Part shown: piece by piece, positions 6,346-16,323 of the stretch
Layout: the number at the start of each line of letters is the position of its first letter
Position numbering within the stretch: position 1 is the first letter of the stretch
IMG/VR virus record: IMGVR_UViG_3300021371_000049
Location: 1-37,344 of that record
Strand: one strand, 5' to 3'
From: a virus
Taxonomy: Duplodnaviria > Caudoviricetes
Length of the DNA stretch: 37,344 bases
Program-made: the position numbers and the translations under genes
Notes under the pieces: model-generated
What the model saw: the letters and a program-made list of their open reading frames with translations, nothing else
Databases searched by the model: none
Told to the model about the DNA's origin: nothing

Positions 6346-7909
6346 GAGCGAATTTATACAACACATACCCTGTGATTCCTGTGGTTCGTCCGATGCCAAC
6401 AGTCTTTACAGTGATGGTCATACTTATTGCTTTGCGTGTGAGACGTATGGCGAGGAAGGAGAACCTACAGAAAATGTTGTCTCGATTGCTCCTGCGAATT
6501 TTGTTTCGGGAGACTACAAAGCACTAACTAAACGTAAGCTGTCTGAAAAGACAGTACGTCTTTGGGACTATCAATCAGGAATCGTAAATGGTAAACCAAC
6601 GCAGATTGCAAATCACAAAACCAAGGACGGTAAAACAGTTAGTCAGAAACTCCGCACAGCCGACAAAGAGTTCAGCGTCCGAGGAGTCCTTAAAGATGCA
6701 GGTCTCTACGGTCAATGGCTCTGGCGTGACAAAGGTAAGTCAGTAACAGTGGTAGAGGGAGAGCTTGATGCTCTCTCTTTATCTCAAGCCTTTGACCACA
6801 AGTGGGCTGTCGTGTCTCTCAAGACAGGTGCGGCAGGTGCTAAGCGTGACATCAAGAAAGAACTGGAATGGTTAGAATGTTTTGAGTCTGTTGTCTTTAT
6901 GTTTGACAATGACGATGCAGGACAGAAGGCTGCACTAGAATGCGCCTCACTGCTCTCTCCTCGCAAAGCTAAGATTGCTAGGCTACCACTCAAGGATGCC
7001 AGTGATATGCTTCAGGCAGGCAGACAGAAGGAACTGGTTGATGCGTTCTGGTCAGCTAAGACTTTCACACCTGACGGTATCATTAACGGTGCTGACTTGT
7101 GGGAAGAAGTATCTACAGAGAAACACGTAGAGACTTTACCATACCCTTATGCTGAACTAAACGAGAAGATCGGTGGTTGTCGTCTAGGTGAGATCGTTAC
7201 TGTTACGGCAGGTTCAGGTCTAGGTAAGTCACAGCTCACTCGTGAGTTTGCTTACTCGTTCCTAAACCAAGGTGCTACCATTGGCTACGTTGCACTAGAG
7301 GAATCTAGTAAGCGTACTGGTCAAGGTCTGATGTCGTTACACCTTAACAAGCTAGTACATCTTGAGGATGTCAGTAAGGAAGAACTACGTTCAGCGTTTG
7401 ATGCAACACTAGGTACTGGTCGTGTGTTCATGTATGACCATTGGGGTTCTACTGAGTCAGATAACTTACTCAACAAGATACGTTACCTTGCTCGTGGTTG
7501 TGGTTGTAAGTACGTTATACTCGATCACATCTCTATTGTAGTTAGTGGTATGGATGGTGGTGATGAACGTAGAACAATCGACACGTTGATGACTAACCTT
7601 CGTAGCCTAGCCGAGGAGCTAAACATCGGGTTGGTAGTTGTATCACACTTGCGTAGACCATCAGGTGACAAAGGACATGAAGAAGGTGTGACTACTTCTC
7701 TGTCACAACTCAGGGGTTCAGCAGCTATTGGACAGTTGTCTGACATTGTTATAGGACTTGAACGTAACCAACAAGACCCTGAAAATTCTGACGTTACCAC
7801 GTTGCGTGTACTCAAGAACAGGTGGTCAGGTGTTACTGGTGTAGCAGGCACTCTAGTCTATGACAGAGACACTGGTCGCATGACCGAAGAAGAACCTAAT
7901 CCATTCTAG
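6329..7909 (+). CDS. DNA primase/helicase (T7 gp4-like)
   Basis: AAGGAG RBS; zinc finger CDSC...CFAC; TOPRIM EGELDA and FDND; Walker A GSGLGKS; LDHISI; LRGS. Confidence 0.96.
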   Translation: MSGSDESEFIQHIPCDSCGSSDANSLYSDGHTYCFACETYGEEGEPTENVVSIAPANFVSGDYKALTKRKLSEKTVRLWDYQSGIVNGKPTQIANHKTKDGKTVSQKLRTADKEFSVRGVLKDAGLYGQWLWRDKGKSVTVVEGELDALSLSQAFDHKWAVVSLKTGAAGAKRDIKKELEWLECFESVVFMFDNDDAGQKAALECASLLSPRKAKIARLPLKDASDMLQAGRQKELVDAFWSAKTFTPDGIINGADLWEEVSTEKHVETLPYPYAELNEKIGGCRLGEIVTVTAGSGLGKSQLTREFAYSFLNQGATIGYVALEESSKRTGQGLMSLHLNKLVHLEDVSKEELRSAFDATLGTGRVFMYDHWGSTESDNLLNKIRYLARGCGCKYVILDHISIVVSGMDGGDERRTIDTLMTNLRSLAEELNIGLVVVSHLRRPSGDKGHEEGVTTSLSQLRGSAAIGQLSDIVIGLERNQQDPENSDVTTLRVLKNRWSGVTGVAGTLVYDRDTGRMTEEEPNPF

Positions 7910-7917
7910 GAGAAAGT

Positions 7918-8088
7918 ATGAGTTCAGATAATGATGTGTTTGTTGATGAGTTAAAGGTAATGCAGGCGTATAAAGCATTAGCTAAGATAATGGGAGAGTT
8001 AGGTATAGATGAAGACGTACCTACCTTCAAAGCATTCAAAGAAACTTACATTGAAGAGATGCTAGACGCAACACCCCTAGAAGATTAA
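7918..8088 (+). CDS. Small acidic hypothetical protein (56 aa; not in ORF track)
   Basis: AGGAG RBS; fills the gap between helicase and polymerase. Confidence 0.7.
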   Translation: MSSDNDVFVDELKVMQAYKALAKIMGELGIDEDVPTFKAFKETYIEEMLDATPLED

Positions 8089-8109
8089 TCACTCCGACGA
8101 GAGGATATT

Positions 8110-9822
8110 ATGTACATATTTGATATAGAAGCAGACAACTTGTTAGACAAGGTAACTAAGGTTCACTGTATTGTTATACAAGATACAGTTACAGGTGAGG
8201 TAACAAAGTTCGACCCCTACAGGCTACTACGTGCTCTTGATAAATTAGACGAAGCCGAGGTTATTGGTGGACACAACATCATTACCTACGACTTACCAGT
8301 CTTAGAAAAGCTGTACGGTTGGAAGCCTAAGGCTAAAGTGTTCGACACCTTAGTTGCCACTAGGCTTATCTGGTCTGACTTGAAAGATCGTGACTTCATA
8401 TCACGCAAGGTTGAGCCTAAGCTGTTTGGTTCTCATTCCTTAAAGGCATGGGGTCAACGTTTGGGTTTACTTAAAGGTGACTACGGTCAACAAGAGAGCG
8501 CTTGGCATTCTTACAGTTCTGAGATGCTTGAGTATTGTGCTCAAGACGTTGCAGTAAACTGTAAGTTGTTAGAGCTTATAGAGTCTAAGGATTACCCTGA
8601 AGAACCTATGCAGCTAGAGCATGACATGGCTACCTTATTGTTTCAGCAGCAAGCTGTCGGCTTTCCCTTTGACGTAGAGAAAGCAGGCAAGCTACACGCT
8701 CTACTCTCTGGTCGTAAGGCAGAGATAGAAGACCACTTAGTTAGTAAGCTAGAGCCTACTATCGTAGAACTCAAGACTAAAACTAAAGTGATTCCTTTCA
8801 ACCCTGCTTCACGTAAGCAGATAGCAGACCGTTTACAAAAGCTAGGATGGACACCTAAAGACTTCACACCTACAGGTGAGCCAAAAGTTGATGAAAAAAT
8901 TTTAGCAGGTATTGACTTACCCGAAGCTAAACTTCTTACTGAATACTTGATGCTTAACAAACGGCTAGGACAGTTAGGTAATGGTAAACAAGCGTGGCTC
9001 AAACTGGTTAAGGATAACCGCATACATGGTCGTGTTAATCACATGGGTGCTGTCACTTCACGCTGCACACACAGCGACCCGAACGTTGCACAAGTACCGA
9101 GCACAGGTGCAGCATTTGGAAAAGAGTGTAGAGAACTGTTCCACGCTCCTAGTGGATACGTACTCCTTGGTGCTGATGCATCAGGACTTGAACTACGATG
9201 CTTGGCACACTATATGCATAGGTACGACAACGGCAGATACGGAAAAGAAATACTAGAAGGTGACATACATACTGCCAATCAACAAGCAGCAGGTCTTGAC
9301 ACACGTCCTCAGGCTAAGACGTTTATCTATGGTTTCCTGTATGGTGCAGGTAACGAGAAGATCGGACAGATCATAGGTAAGGGTGCAACCGAAGGTGGTA
9401 GAATCAAGAAGCGTTTCCTAGCTAAGACACCTGCACTTAGTAAACTAACTAAGGCAGTCAAGGCTAAGGTAGAGGCACAAGGTAGTTCAGCGTTTCTCAA
9501 AGGATTAGACGGAAGGTTGATTCCTGTCCGCAGTCCTCACGCTGCACTGAACACCTTACTACAATCAGCAGGTGCTATTATCTGCAAGCGTTGGTACAAA
9601 ACTATTAAAGACTTGCTAGTAGAGGAAGGCTTAGATAATGACGATGTATCTATCGTAGCCTTTGTACATGATGAGGTTCAGATAGTAGTCCGAGAAGGGC
9701 TTGAGGAGAAGGTCGGTGACATTACAAGACAAGCTATTAAAAGAGTACAGTCCCACTACGGATTCAACTGTCCCCTTGATTCCGAGTACCAAGTCGGACG
9801 AAGTTGGGCAGACACTCACTAG
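8110..9822 (+). CDS. DNA polymerase family A (T7 gp5-like)
   Basis: Exo I FDIEAD; motif A DASGLELR; motif B KTFIYGFLYG (Tyr at the Pol I 762-equivalent site); motif C VHDEVQ. Confidence 0.97.
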   Translation: MYIFDIEADNLLDKVTKVHCIVIQDTVTGEVTKFDPYRLLRALDKLDEAEVIGGHNIITYDLPVLEKLYGWKPKAKVFDTLVATRLIWSDLKDRDFISRKVEPKLFGSHSLKAWGQRLGLLKGDYGQQESAWHSYSSEMLEYCAQDVAVNCKLLELIESKDYPEEPMQLEHDMATLLFQQQAVGFPFDVEKAGKLHALLSGRKAEIEDHLVSKLEPTIVELKTKTKVIPFNPASRKQIADRLQKLGWTPKDFTPTGEPKVDEKILAGIDLPEAKLLTEYLMLNKRLGQLGNGKQAWLKLVKDNRIHGRVNHMGAVTSRCTHSDPNVAQVPSTGAAFGKECRELFHAPSGYVLLGADASGLELRCLAHYMHRYDNGRYGKEILEGDIHTANQQAAGLDTRPQAKTFIYGFLYGAGNEKIGQIIGKGATEGGRIKKRFLAKTPALSKLTKAVKAKVEAQGSSAFLKGLDGRLIPVRSPHAALNTLLQSAGAIICKRWYKTIKDLLVEEGLDNDDVSIVAFVHDEVQIVVREGLEEKVGDITRQAIKRVQSHYGFNCPLDSEYQVGRSWADTH

Positions 9823-10093
9823 CAGTAGGTTGGGTGACTTAGCTGAGTTCTATGCAGTCACATGGTTGTGGGATAACGGCTTTGAAGTTTTCCCCAATGC
9901 AGGCTGTACTGGCGCTGTAGATATGATAGGCATGAAGGATGGTAAGGTTTACTTGTTCGATGTAAAAACTTATCGAGGTCATAAGGCTTCCCATCCTAAT
10001 CCTAGAACGGAGTTACAGAAAGAACTAGGTGTTCAATACATCTTGTTCGATCCTGCAACTCGTAACTTAACCCTTAGGGAGCATAAAGAATGA
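9716..10093 (+). CDS. PD-(D/E)XK nuclease (resolvase-like)
   Basis: GDLAE...VD...DVKT pattern; GAGGAG RBS before GTG 9716; start uncertain. Confidence 0.7.
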   Translation: MTLQDKLLKEYSPTTDSTVPLIPSTKSDEVGQTLTSSRLGDLAEFYAVTWLWDNGFEVFPNAGCTGAVDMIGMKDGKVYLFDVKTYRGHKASHPNPRTELQKELGVQYILFDPATRNLTLREHKE

Positions 10094-10302
10094 GTCCAGA
10101 AACATTTAACTTAGTACTGGGATTATCCTTAGCAGGTATATCCTTTGCGTTTACATTCAAGTGGGTGATAGGCTCTTACTTAGAATACAAACTACTCAGT
10201 AAAGGTAAGAGCGTACCTATCCAAATGGATGCTGAAGAGTTTGAAAAGTATGTAAAGAATATGGAGGAAGGTGACGATGACGACTTTATTGGTAGACGGT
10301 GA
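10090..10302 (+). CDS. Small membrane protein
   Basis: Hydrophobic N-terminal helix; ATGA overlap. Confidence 0.7.
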   Translation: MSPETFNLVLGLSLAGISFAFTFKWVIGSYLEYKLLSKGKSVPIQMDAEEFEKYVKNMEEGDDDDFIGRR

Positions 10303-10990
10303 TATTGTTGCATACAAAGCGGCAGCAGCAGCAGAGACTCCTATTGACTGGGGTAATGGTGTGTGGACTTTACACGCTACAGAGCAAGATGTCATAGGTT
10401 CTATTAAAGAGTTTATGGGACATCTAATTGCAGGCTCTGACTGTGACAATGTAGTTAGTTGTCTGACAGGCTCTAAGAACTATAGAAAAGATATAGCTTC
10501 TTATTACAAAGAGAACCGAGTACCTAAACGTAAGCCTATGTTATTAGGTTTTGCTAAGGACTTTCTATACGACAACTACAACGGTCGCTTGGAAGAAGGT
10601 ATAGAAGCTGACGATCTCTTAGGTATCTTAGGCAGTGGTGAAGAAGATAACCTGATCTGGTCGGCAGATAAAGACTTACTTACAATACCTGCACGACACT
10701 TCATAGACGGTAGGGTTGTGACTATCAATGAGGAAGAAGCTGATTATCATTTCTTCTTACAAACTTTGGTAGGAGACAGTACAGATAATTATAAAGGCTG
10801 TCCAACAATCGGAGAAAAGACTGCTAAGAAGCTATTAGAGAAGGAGTGCTCATGGGAAGCTGTGGTTAAACAGTTTGAAAAGAAAGGGCTAAGTGAAGAA
10901 GTAGCTATCGAGAATGCTAGACTAGCTCGTATACTTAGGCATGGCGAGTATGACTTTGAGACTAAAGAGGTTACGTTATGGGCAGCATAG
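10277..10990 (+). CDS. 5'-3' exonuclease (T7 gp6-like)
   Basis: LVDGD, EADD, DKDL, GDSTDNYKGCPTIG; GGAGG RBS. Confidence 0.93.
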   Translation: MTTLLVDGDIVAYKAAAAAETPIDWGNGVWTLHATEQDVIGSIKEFMGHLIAGSDCDNVVSCLTGSKNYRKDIASYYKENRVPKRKPMLLGFAKDFLYDNYNGRLEEGIEADDLLGILGSGEEDNLIWSADKDLLTIPARHFIDGRVVTINEEEADYHFFLQTLVGDSTDNYKGCPTIGEKTAKKLLEKECSWEAVVKQFEKKGLSEEVAIENARLARILRHGEYDFETKEVTLWAA

Positions 10991-11259
10991 ATGATGCAAC
11001 GCCTGAAGAGTGGGATGCGGTTCGTGATGTAGTAGAACATCCACCGCATTACAACTTAGGGGCTATAGAGACTATTGATTATATAGAAGACGTACTTGGC
11101 GAGTACGACGCAATACACTACTGTCATGGCAATGTTATTAAATACACTGGCACTCGTTTATGGAACAAAGGTAAACCTATCGAGGATGCTCGTAAAGCTG
11201 TGTGGTACTTAAATAAAATGATTGAACTATTAGAAAAAACAAAAGGAGTAAACTGGTGA
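10978..11259 (+). CDS. DUF3310 / T7 gp1.7-like protein
   Basis: HPPHY, GNVIKY, EDARKAVWYL motifs. Confidence 0.85.
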   Translation: MGSIDDATPEEWDAVRDVVEHPPHYNLGAIETIDYIEDVLGEYDAIHYCHGNVIKYTGTRLWNKGKPIEDARKAVWYLNKMIELLEKTKGVNW

Positions 11260-11609
11260 CAGCTACTTACGATTACATTGCAGGTATGTACGAAGCCTTT
11301 GACTACTATCAAGGTAAGGCTAATGAGACAGCTATCTTCCCTGAAGACCAAGCCCTAGAGTATTTATCTCTAGGTCTCTTGTCGGAAGCAGGAGAGGTGG
11401 CAGGAAAAATTAAGAAAAAAATTAGAGACGGAGAACCATTTGATTTCCGAGAAGCTCTTGAAGCTGAGCTAGGTGACGTACTTTGGTATATTGCTTTGTT
11501 GTCTGACAGGTTAGGTCTGAACTTGAGTGACGTAGCTTTCAACAACATTATTAAATTACAAAACAGAAAAGTTAAAGGCACATTAAGAGGGTCAGGTGAT
11601 AACCGATGA
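11256..11609 (+). CDS. MazG-like nucleotide pyrophosphohydrolase
   Basis: SEAGEV...ELGDVLWY...GSGDNR. Confidence 0.88.
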   Translation: MTATYDYIAGMYEAFDYYQGKANETAIFPEDQALEYLSLGLLSEAGEVAGKIKKKIRDGEPFDFREALEAELGDVLWYIALLSDRLGLNLSDVAFNNIIKLQNRKVKGTLRGSGDNR

Positions 11610-13516
11610 TGGATTCATATCAGCAGTACATACACAAGTCACGCTACGCACGATGGCGTGAAGACGACAATCGTCGTGAGACTTGGGACGAGACAGTAAG
11701 ACGTTACACAGACTTCTGGGTAGGACGTGGACAGATTGACTACGATACCTCAGAGATGCTATACAAAGCCATATACAACCTAGAAGTAATGCCCTCTATG
11801 CGTTGCTTAATGACAGCAGGTGAAGCACTTGATCGTGATAACATGGCTGGCTTTAACTGCTCATACATTGCAGTAGATCATATCAGAGTGTTCGATGAGA
11901 TTCTTTACGTACTCATGTGTGGTACAGGTGTAGGCTTCTCAGTTGAACGTCAATCAGTAAGTAAACTACCAGAGGTAGCGGAGGAGTTCCATGAAACAGA
12001 CACTACAATCGTTGTTAAAGACAGTAAAATTGGTTGGGCAAAAGCTTTCCGAGAGTTGGTTAGCCTTTTGTATTCGGGTCAAGTACCTTCTTGGGACGTG
12101 TCGAAACTTCGTGGTAAAGGTGAAAGACTCAAAACATTTGGAGGAAGGTCGTCTGGAGCTGATCCTCTTGTTGCTCTGTTCGATTTCACTGTTGCCACTT
12201 TTAAAGGCGCTTCTGGACGCAAGCTAACGAGTATAGAATGTCATGATATTGTTTGTAAAATTGCAGAGATTGTTGTGGTGGGTGGTGTCCGTAGGTCTGC
12301 GCTTATTAGTTTGTCTAATCTTAGTGATGATCGGATGCGTCATGCTAAGTCAGGTAATTGGTGGGAGACTGATACGCAACGTGCGCTCGCTAATAACTCG
12401 GCAGTCTACGACGACAGACCAGACTTCGAGACGTTCTTAGAAGAGTGGACAGCTCTATACAAATCTAAGGCAGGTGAGCGTGGTATCTTCTCTCGTAAGG
12501 CAGCTAAGAAACAATCAGCTCGTCATGGACGTAGAGATATTGAGCATGACTTTGGTACTAACCCCTGCTCTGAGATTATCCTACGGTCAGCTCAGGTTTG
12601 TAATTTGTCGGAAATCGTTATTCGTAGTACCGATACATATGAAGATTTAAAACGTAAGGTAGAGATTGCTACTATCTTAGGAACACTACAGTCTTCTCTA
12701 ACAGACTTCCGCTATGTGCGTAACATCTGGAAGAAGAACACAGCAGAAGAGTGTTTGTTAGGTGTAAGCATGACAGGTATTATGGATCACCCTGTTATGT
12801 CAGGCAAGGTGAGTTCAGGTACATGGTTCGATCATCCTAATCAACCTATCCTACCTGAGATACTAGAGCGACTCAAAGCTGTAGCTGTAGAGACTAACAA
12901 GAAGTGGGCAGAAAACTTAGGGCTTAACCAGTCTACTGCTATCACTGCTGTTAAACCAAGTGGTACTGTATCACAGCTAGTAGATAGTGCTTCAGGTATC
13001 CATGCACGATTCTCTGACCAGTACATACGGACAGTACGCTCTGATGGTAAAGACCCCATCTCAGCCTTCCTGAAAGACGCAGGAGTGCCTTGGGAGAAGG
13101 ACGTAATGAATGAGGATAACTATGTGTTCTCGTTCCCCATAAAGGCTCCTGATGGCTCTACGAGTGTTGACTCACTTAACGTACAGGAACAGCTAGACTT
13201 GTGGGAAATCTATCAGAACCATTGGTGTGAGCACAAACCAAGTGTGACTATTTATTACTCAGATGAGGAGTTCCTAGCAGCAGGTCAATGGCTGTGGGAT
13301 CGACTGGATAGTTGTTCAGGGATTAGCTTCCTGCCTCGTACAGATCATGTGTATAAGCAAGCACCTTACACAGCTATTACAAAAGAAGAGTATGATGAAG
13401 CCTTATCTAAGATGCCTGAAACTATCAACTGGGATGACTTAGGTAAGTTCGAGAAAGAAGATACTACTACAGGAACGCAGGAGTTAGCTTGCGTAGCGGG
13501 GAATTGTGAGATATGA
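11606..13516 (+). CDS. nrdJ: Ribonucleotide reductase, probably class II (B12-dependent RTPR type)
   Basis: RRETW, GFNC, GGVRRSA, GTNPCSE, VKPSGT, C-terminal CxxxxC; no beta-subunit gene seen. Confidence 0.88.
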   Translation: MMDSYQQYIHKSRYARWREDDNRRETWDETVRRYTDFWVGRGQIDYDTSEMLYKAIYNLEVMPSMRCLMTAGEALDRDNMAGFNCSYIAVDHIRVFDEILYVLMCGTGVGFSVERQSVSKLPEVAEEFHETDTTIVVKDSKIGWAKAFRELVSLLYSGQVPSWDVSKLRGKGERLKTFGGRSSGADPLVALFDFTVATFKGASGRKLTSIECHDIVCKIAEIVVVGGVRRSALISLSNLSDDRMRHAKSGNWWETDTQRALANNSAVYDDRPDFETFLEEWTALYKSKAGERGIFSRKAAKKQSARHGRRDIEHDFGTNPCSEIILRSAQVCNLSEIVIRSTDTYEDLKRKVEIATILGTLQSSLTDFRYVRNIWKKNTAEECLLGVSMTGIMDHPVMSGKVSSGTWFDHPNQPILPEILERLKAVAVETNKKWAENLGLNQSTAITAVKPSGTVSQLVDSASGIHARFSDQYIRTVRSDGKDPISAFLKDAGVPWEKDVMNEDNYVFSFPIKAPDGSTSVDSLNVQEQLDLWEIYQNHWCEHKPSVTIYYSDEEFLAAGQWLWDRLDSCSGISFLPRTDHVYKQAPYTAITKEEYDEALSKMPETINWDDLGKFEKEDTTTGTQELACVAGNCEI

Positions 13517-13647
13517 ATTTAAGACAGTTCAGAGAACGTGTAAAGATAAGTACAGAAATCTTTAAAATGTTTGCATGGTTTTGGAGTGCTTGGGTTTTCT
13601 TAGCTATTTTCTATGCAACAGTTTATTGTGCCTTGATGTATGGTTAG
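13513..13647 (+). CDS. Small membrane protein (44 aa; not in ORF track)
   Basis: ATGA overlap with the RNR stop; aromatic TM-like segment. Confidence 0.55.
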   Translation: MNLRQFRERVKISTEIFKMFAWFWSAWVFLAIFYATVYCALMYG

Positions 13648-13765
13648 GAACAAAGCGATAGTGGTATTGGAGGTGGTAACCTGCCTCCATATCATCGCTA
13701 ACGTATGGTTACATTTACCTTTTAACTTGTTGTTTTATAACGGTAATTTATTATCGACACTATAG
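13640..13765 (+). CDS. Possible small hydrophobic peptide (41 aa)
   Basis: MVRNKAIVVLEVVTCLHIIANVWLH...; stop lies inside promoter 2; weak RBS. Confidence 0.35.
   Translation: MVRNKAIVVLEVVTCLHIIANVWLHLPFNLLFYNGNLLSTL
13747..13765 (+). promoter_or_regulatory. Phage RNAP promoter 2 (structural genes)
   Basis: TTTATTATCGACACTATAG, identical to 5302-5320. Confidence 0.85.
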
Positions 13766-13775
13766 AGGACAAACA

Positions 13776-13961
13776 ATGGATAATTTTCCCCCTATTAGTC
13801 TAGCACTACTAGAGCATTTCCAAAGGATTTTTCCCGATAAGATTCCCACACATAGAGGATTACAGGCGACAGATATAGCTTTCCTACAAGGACAGCAGTC
13901 AGTTATCAAACGCATGGAGTTTCTATATGAGGACGATAAACCTATAAATGAGGACACTTAA
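13776..13961 (+). CDS. Small T7-like pre-portal protein
   Basis: FPDKIP...GQQSVI motif; GAGGA RBS. Confidence 0.8.
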   Translation: MDNFPPISLALLEHFQRIFPDKIPTHRGLQATDIAFLQGQQSVIKRMEFLYEDDKPINEDT

Positions 13962-14174
13962 ATGTGTATGTCAAGTCCAGATATGCCAGAGATACCTAAG
14001 CCTATCATCCCACAGAAAGCACCAATGGTAGCTAAAGCTCCTGAGCTAAAAGCAGCAGAGAAGCCTAGTGAAGGTGTGGCAACAAAACGTAAAGGTATTA
14101 AGAAACTAAGACGAGCTAAGACTGGTCTACAAATCGCAGGTAGCGGTTCAGGCACAACTGTCAAACAAGGCTAA
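13962..14174 (+). CDS. Small virion protein (T7 gp6.7/7.3-like)
   Basis: MC start, Pro-rich, KRKG..KLR tail; position before the portal. Confidence 0.7.
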   Translation: MCMSSPDMPEIPKPIIPQKAPMVAKAPELKAAEKPSEGVATKRKGIKKLRRAKTGLQIAGSGSGTTVKQG

Positions 14175-14178
14175 ACTT

Positions 14179-15705
14179 ATGAATGCAGATACAGCAGCTA
14201 ATAAATACGAAAACATGGCGGCTAGTCGAGAGACGTATTTAAACAGAGCACGAAGAAGTGCCGAGCTGACAATACCTACTTTGATGCCGCCCTCAGGACA
14301 CAGCTCTGCTACTGAATATCCAACACCCTACCAGTCTGTAGGAGCTAGAGGTGTGAACAACCTAGCCTCTAAGCTACTTCTGACACTACTCCCACCTAAC
14401 AGTCCTTTCTTTAGGCTGACTATAGATGACTACGATTTAGCCGCATTAGGCGGAGATGCTAGAGGTAAAGCTGAAGAAGCGTTGTCTCGCATCGAACGTA
14501 GCGCACAGCAGGAGATAGAGTCTAAGGCTATCAGGGTTCCTACTTTTGAAGCAATCAAACAACTGATTGTTACAGGTAACGTGCTTGTACACTTCCCACC
14601 TAAGCAAGGTATGAAAATTTTCCGCTTAGATCGTTATGCTGTTAAGCGTGACACAATGGGTAATGTAATAAAGATTGTAGTTAAAGAATCTATAAGCTAC
14701 GAAGCGTTACCTAAAGAAGTACAGATGTCCATAGTAGACCTTCCAGAGTACAAGAACTCTGTAGATAAGAAGGAATGTGATATATACACTTGCATCATGC
14801 GTGATGGCAAGAAGTTTAAAGTACATCAAGAAGTACATGGTGTAATCATTCCTAAAAGTACAGGTACTTATCCTGAAGAAAAACTACCTTGGTTAGCGCT
14901 ACGCTTCAACTCTGTAGATGGCGAAGACTACGGACGTGGTTTTATAGAAGAGTACATTGGAGACCTTAAGTCTTTAGAGGCTCTTACTAAAGCTATCGTA
15001 GAAGGCTCTGCGGCTTCCGCTAAGCTACTTTTCCTAGTACGTCCTAATGGTACTACCAAGATTAGAAACATCGCTGACAGCGCCAATGGTGCAATTATAT
15101 CAGGTGATGCTAATGACGTTACAACTTTACAAGCACAGAAGTTTAATGACTTCCGAGTTGCTCAGGAAACAATGCAAAGAATAACAGAACGTTTATCGTT
15201 TGCCTTCCTGCTTAACAGCTCTGTACAACGTCAGGCAGAACGAGTCACTGCTGAAGAAGTACGCTTCATGGCTCAAGAGTTAGAGACTGCAATAGGTGGT
15301 ATCTACTCTGTATTGTCTCAAGAGTTCCAAGTACCTCTAGTACAACTGCTCCTTGCTAAGATGCAGAAAGAAGGTAAGATGCCTAAGTTCCCTAAAGACA
15401 CTTTGAAACCAAAGATTGTCACAGGTATGGAGGCTTTAGGTCGAGGACAGGACTTAAACAAACTAGCAACCTTCTTACAATACCTACAACCTTTAGGTCA
15501 ACAGGTAGTTGCACAAGAGATGAATGTAGATGATTACATCTCTCGTCTTGCAGCATCCTTAGGTATTGATACACAAGGTCTCATTAAATCGCCAGAGCAG
15601 AAACAAGCTGAAGCTCAAGCTGCACAACAGGCGCAACAACAACAAATGATGGCTCAGATGGCAGAGAAAGCGGTAGCTCCTGCTGTTCAGAGTGTAATGA
15701 AATAG
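14179..15705 (+). CDS. Portal / head-tail connector (gp8-like)
   Basis: GARGVNNLASKL, GEDYGR, ERVTAEE, GMEALGRGQDL. Confidence 0.96.
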   Translation: MNADTAANKYENMAASRETYLNRARRSAELTIPTLMPPSGHSSATEYPTPYQSVGARGVNNLASKLLLTLLPPNSPFFRLTIDDYDLAALGGDARGKAEEALSRIERSAQQEIESKAIRVPTFEAIKQLIVTGNVLVHFPPKQGMKIFRLDRYAVKRDTMGNVIKIVVKESISYEALPKEVQMSIVDLPEYKNSVDKKECDIYTCIMRDGKKFKVHQEVHGVIIPKSTGTYPEEKLPWLALRFNSVDGEDYGRGFIEEYIGDLKSLEALTKAIVEGSAASAKLLFLVRPNGTTKIRNIADSANGAIISGDANDVTTLQAQKFNDFRVAQETMQRITERLSFAFLLNSSVQRQAERVTAEEVRFMAQELETAIGGIYSVLSQEFQVPLVQLLLAKMQKEGKMPKFPKDTLKPKIVTGMEALGRGQDLNKLATFLQYLQPLGQQVVAQEMNVDDYISRLAASLGIDTQGLIKSPEQKQAEAQAAQQAQQQQMMAQMAEKAVAPAVQSVMK

Positions 15706-15714
15706 GAACTTAGT

Positions 15715-16299
15715 ATGTCAGATCAAAAACCCGCTCACCTTATAAAGCGTATAGAAGAGCGTAAAAAGAAAAAAGAAGAGGCTGCGGCTCGCAGAAAAGC
15801 TAAGGGTGACAAGAACCCTAACCCAAGAGCAAGAAACTTTGCAAAAAAACCTAAAAAAGCTGAGCCTACGTCTAGTCCAAACCCTCGGTCAATCGTTAAT
15901 AGACGAAACAAGCCTAAGGCTACTGCGAAAACTACCACCACTGCTACTGCTGCTACAAAAGCTACGGCTCCTGCAAAAGCTACTAATGCTGCAAAACCTA
16001 AGCAAGCAGCAGCTTACGCTCCTCGCTCAGCTAGTACTCGTGAACGTTTTAACGATAAGTTTAAGAAACATAAAGCTAAAGGTGATGCTACTTTTGAGTT
16101 TGAAGGTAAGATGTACAATACCAAAACTAAAGATGAAGTAGAAGCTAAGAAGGCTGCTGATAAGAAAGCTGCTACACCTAAGAAGAAAACTTTACGTAGT
16201 AAGTTAAAAAGTGTTCTTGGCAAGTTAAAGATTAAACCTGCTTCAGGGAAACGTAAGTACGACCCCCGTAAGAAGCGTTTCGTAACAGTTAAGAAGTAA
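15715..16299 (+). CDS. Lys/Ala-rich basic protein
   Basis: AGGA RBS; H1-like composition; globular-looking F..KF....G..TFEFEGKMYNT segment. Confidence 0.75.
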   Translation: MSDQKPAHLIKRIEERKKKKEEAAARRKAKGDKNPNPRARNFAKKPKKAEPTSSPNPRSIVNRRNKPKATAKTTTTATAATKATAPAKATNAAKPKQAAAYAPRSASTRERFNDKFKKHKAKGDATFEFEGKMYNTKTKDEVEAKKAADKKAATPKKKTLRSKLKSVLGKLKIKPASGKRKYDPRKKRFVTVKK

Positions 16300-16323
16300 T
16301 TTTTTTTTAATAGAGAGACTATT

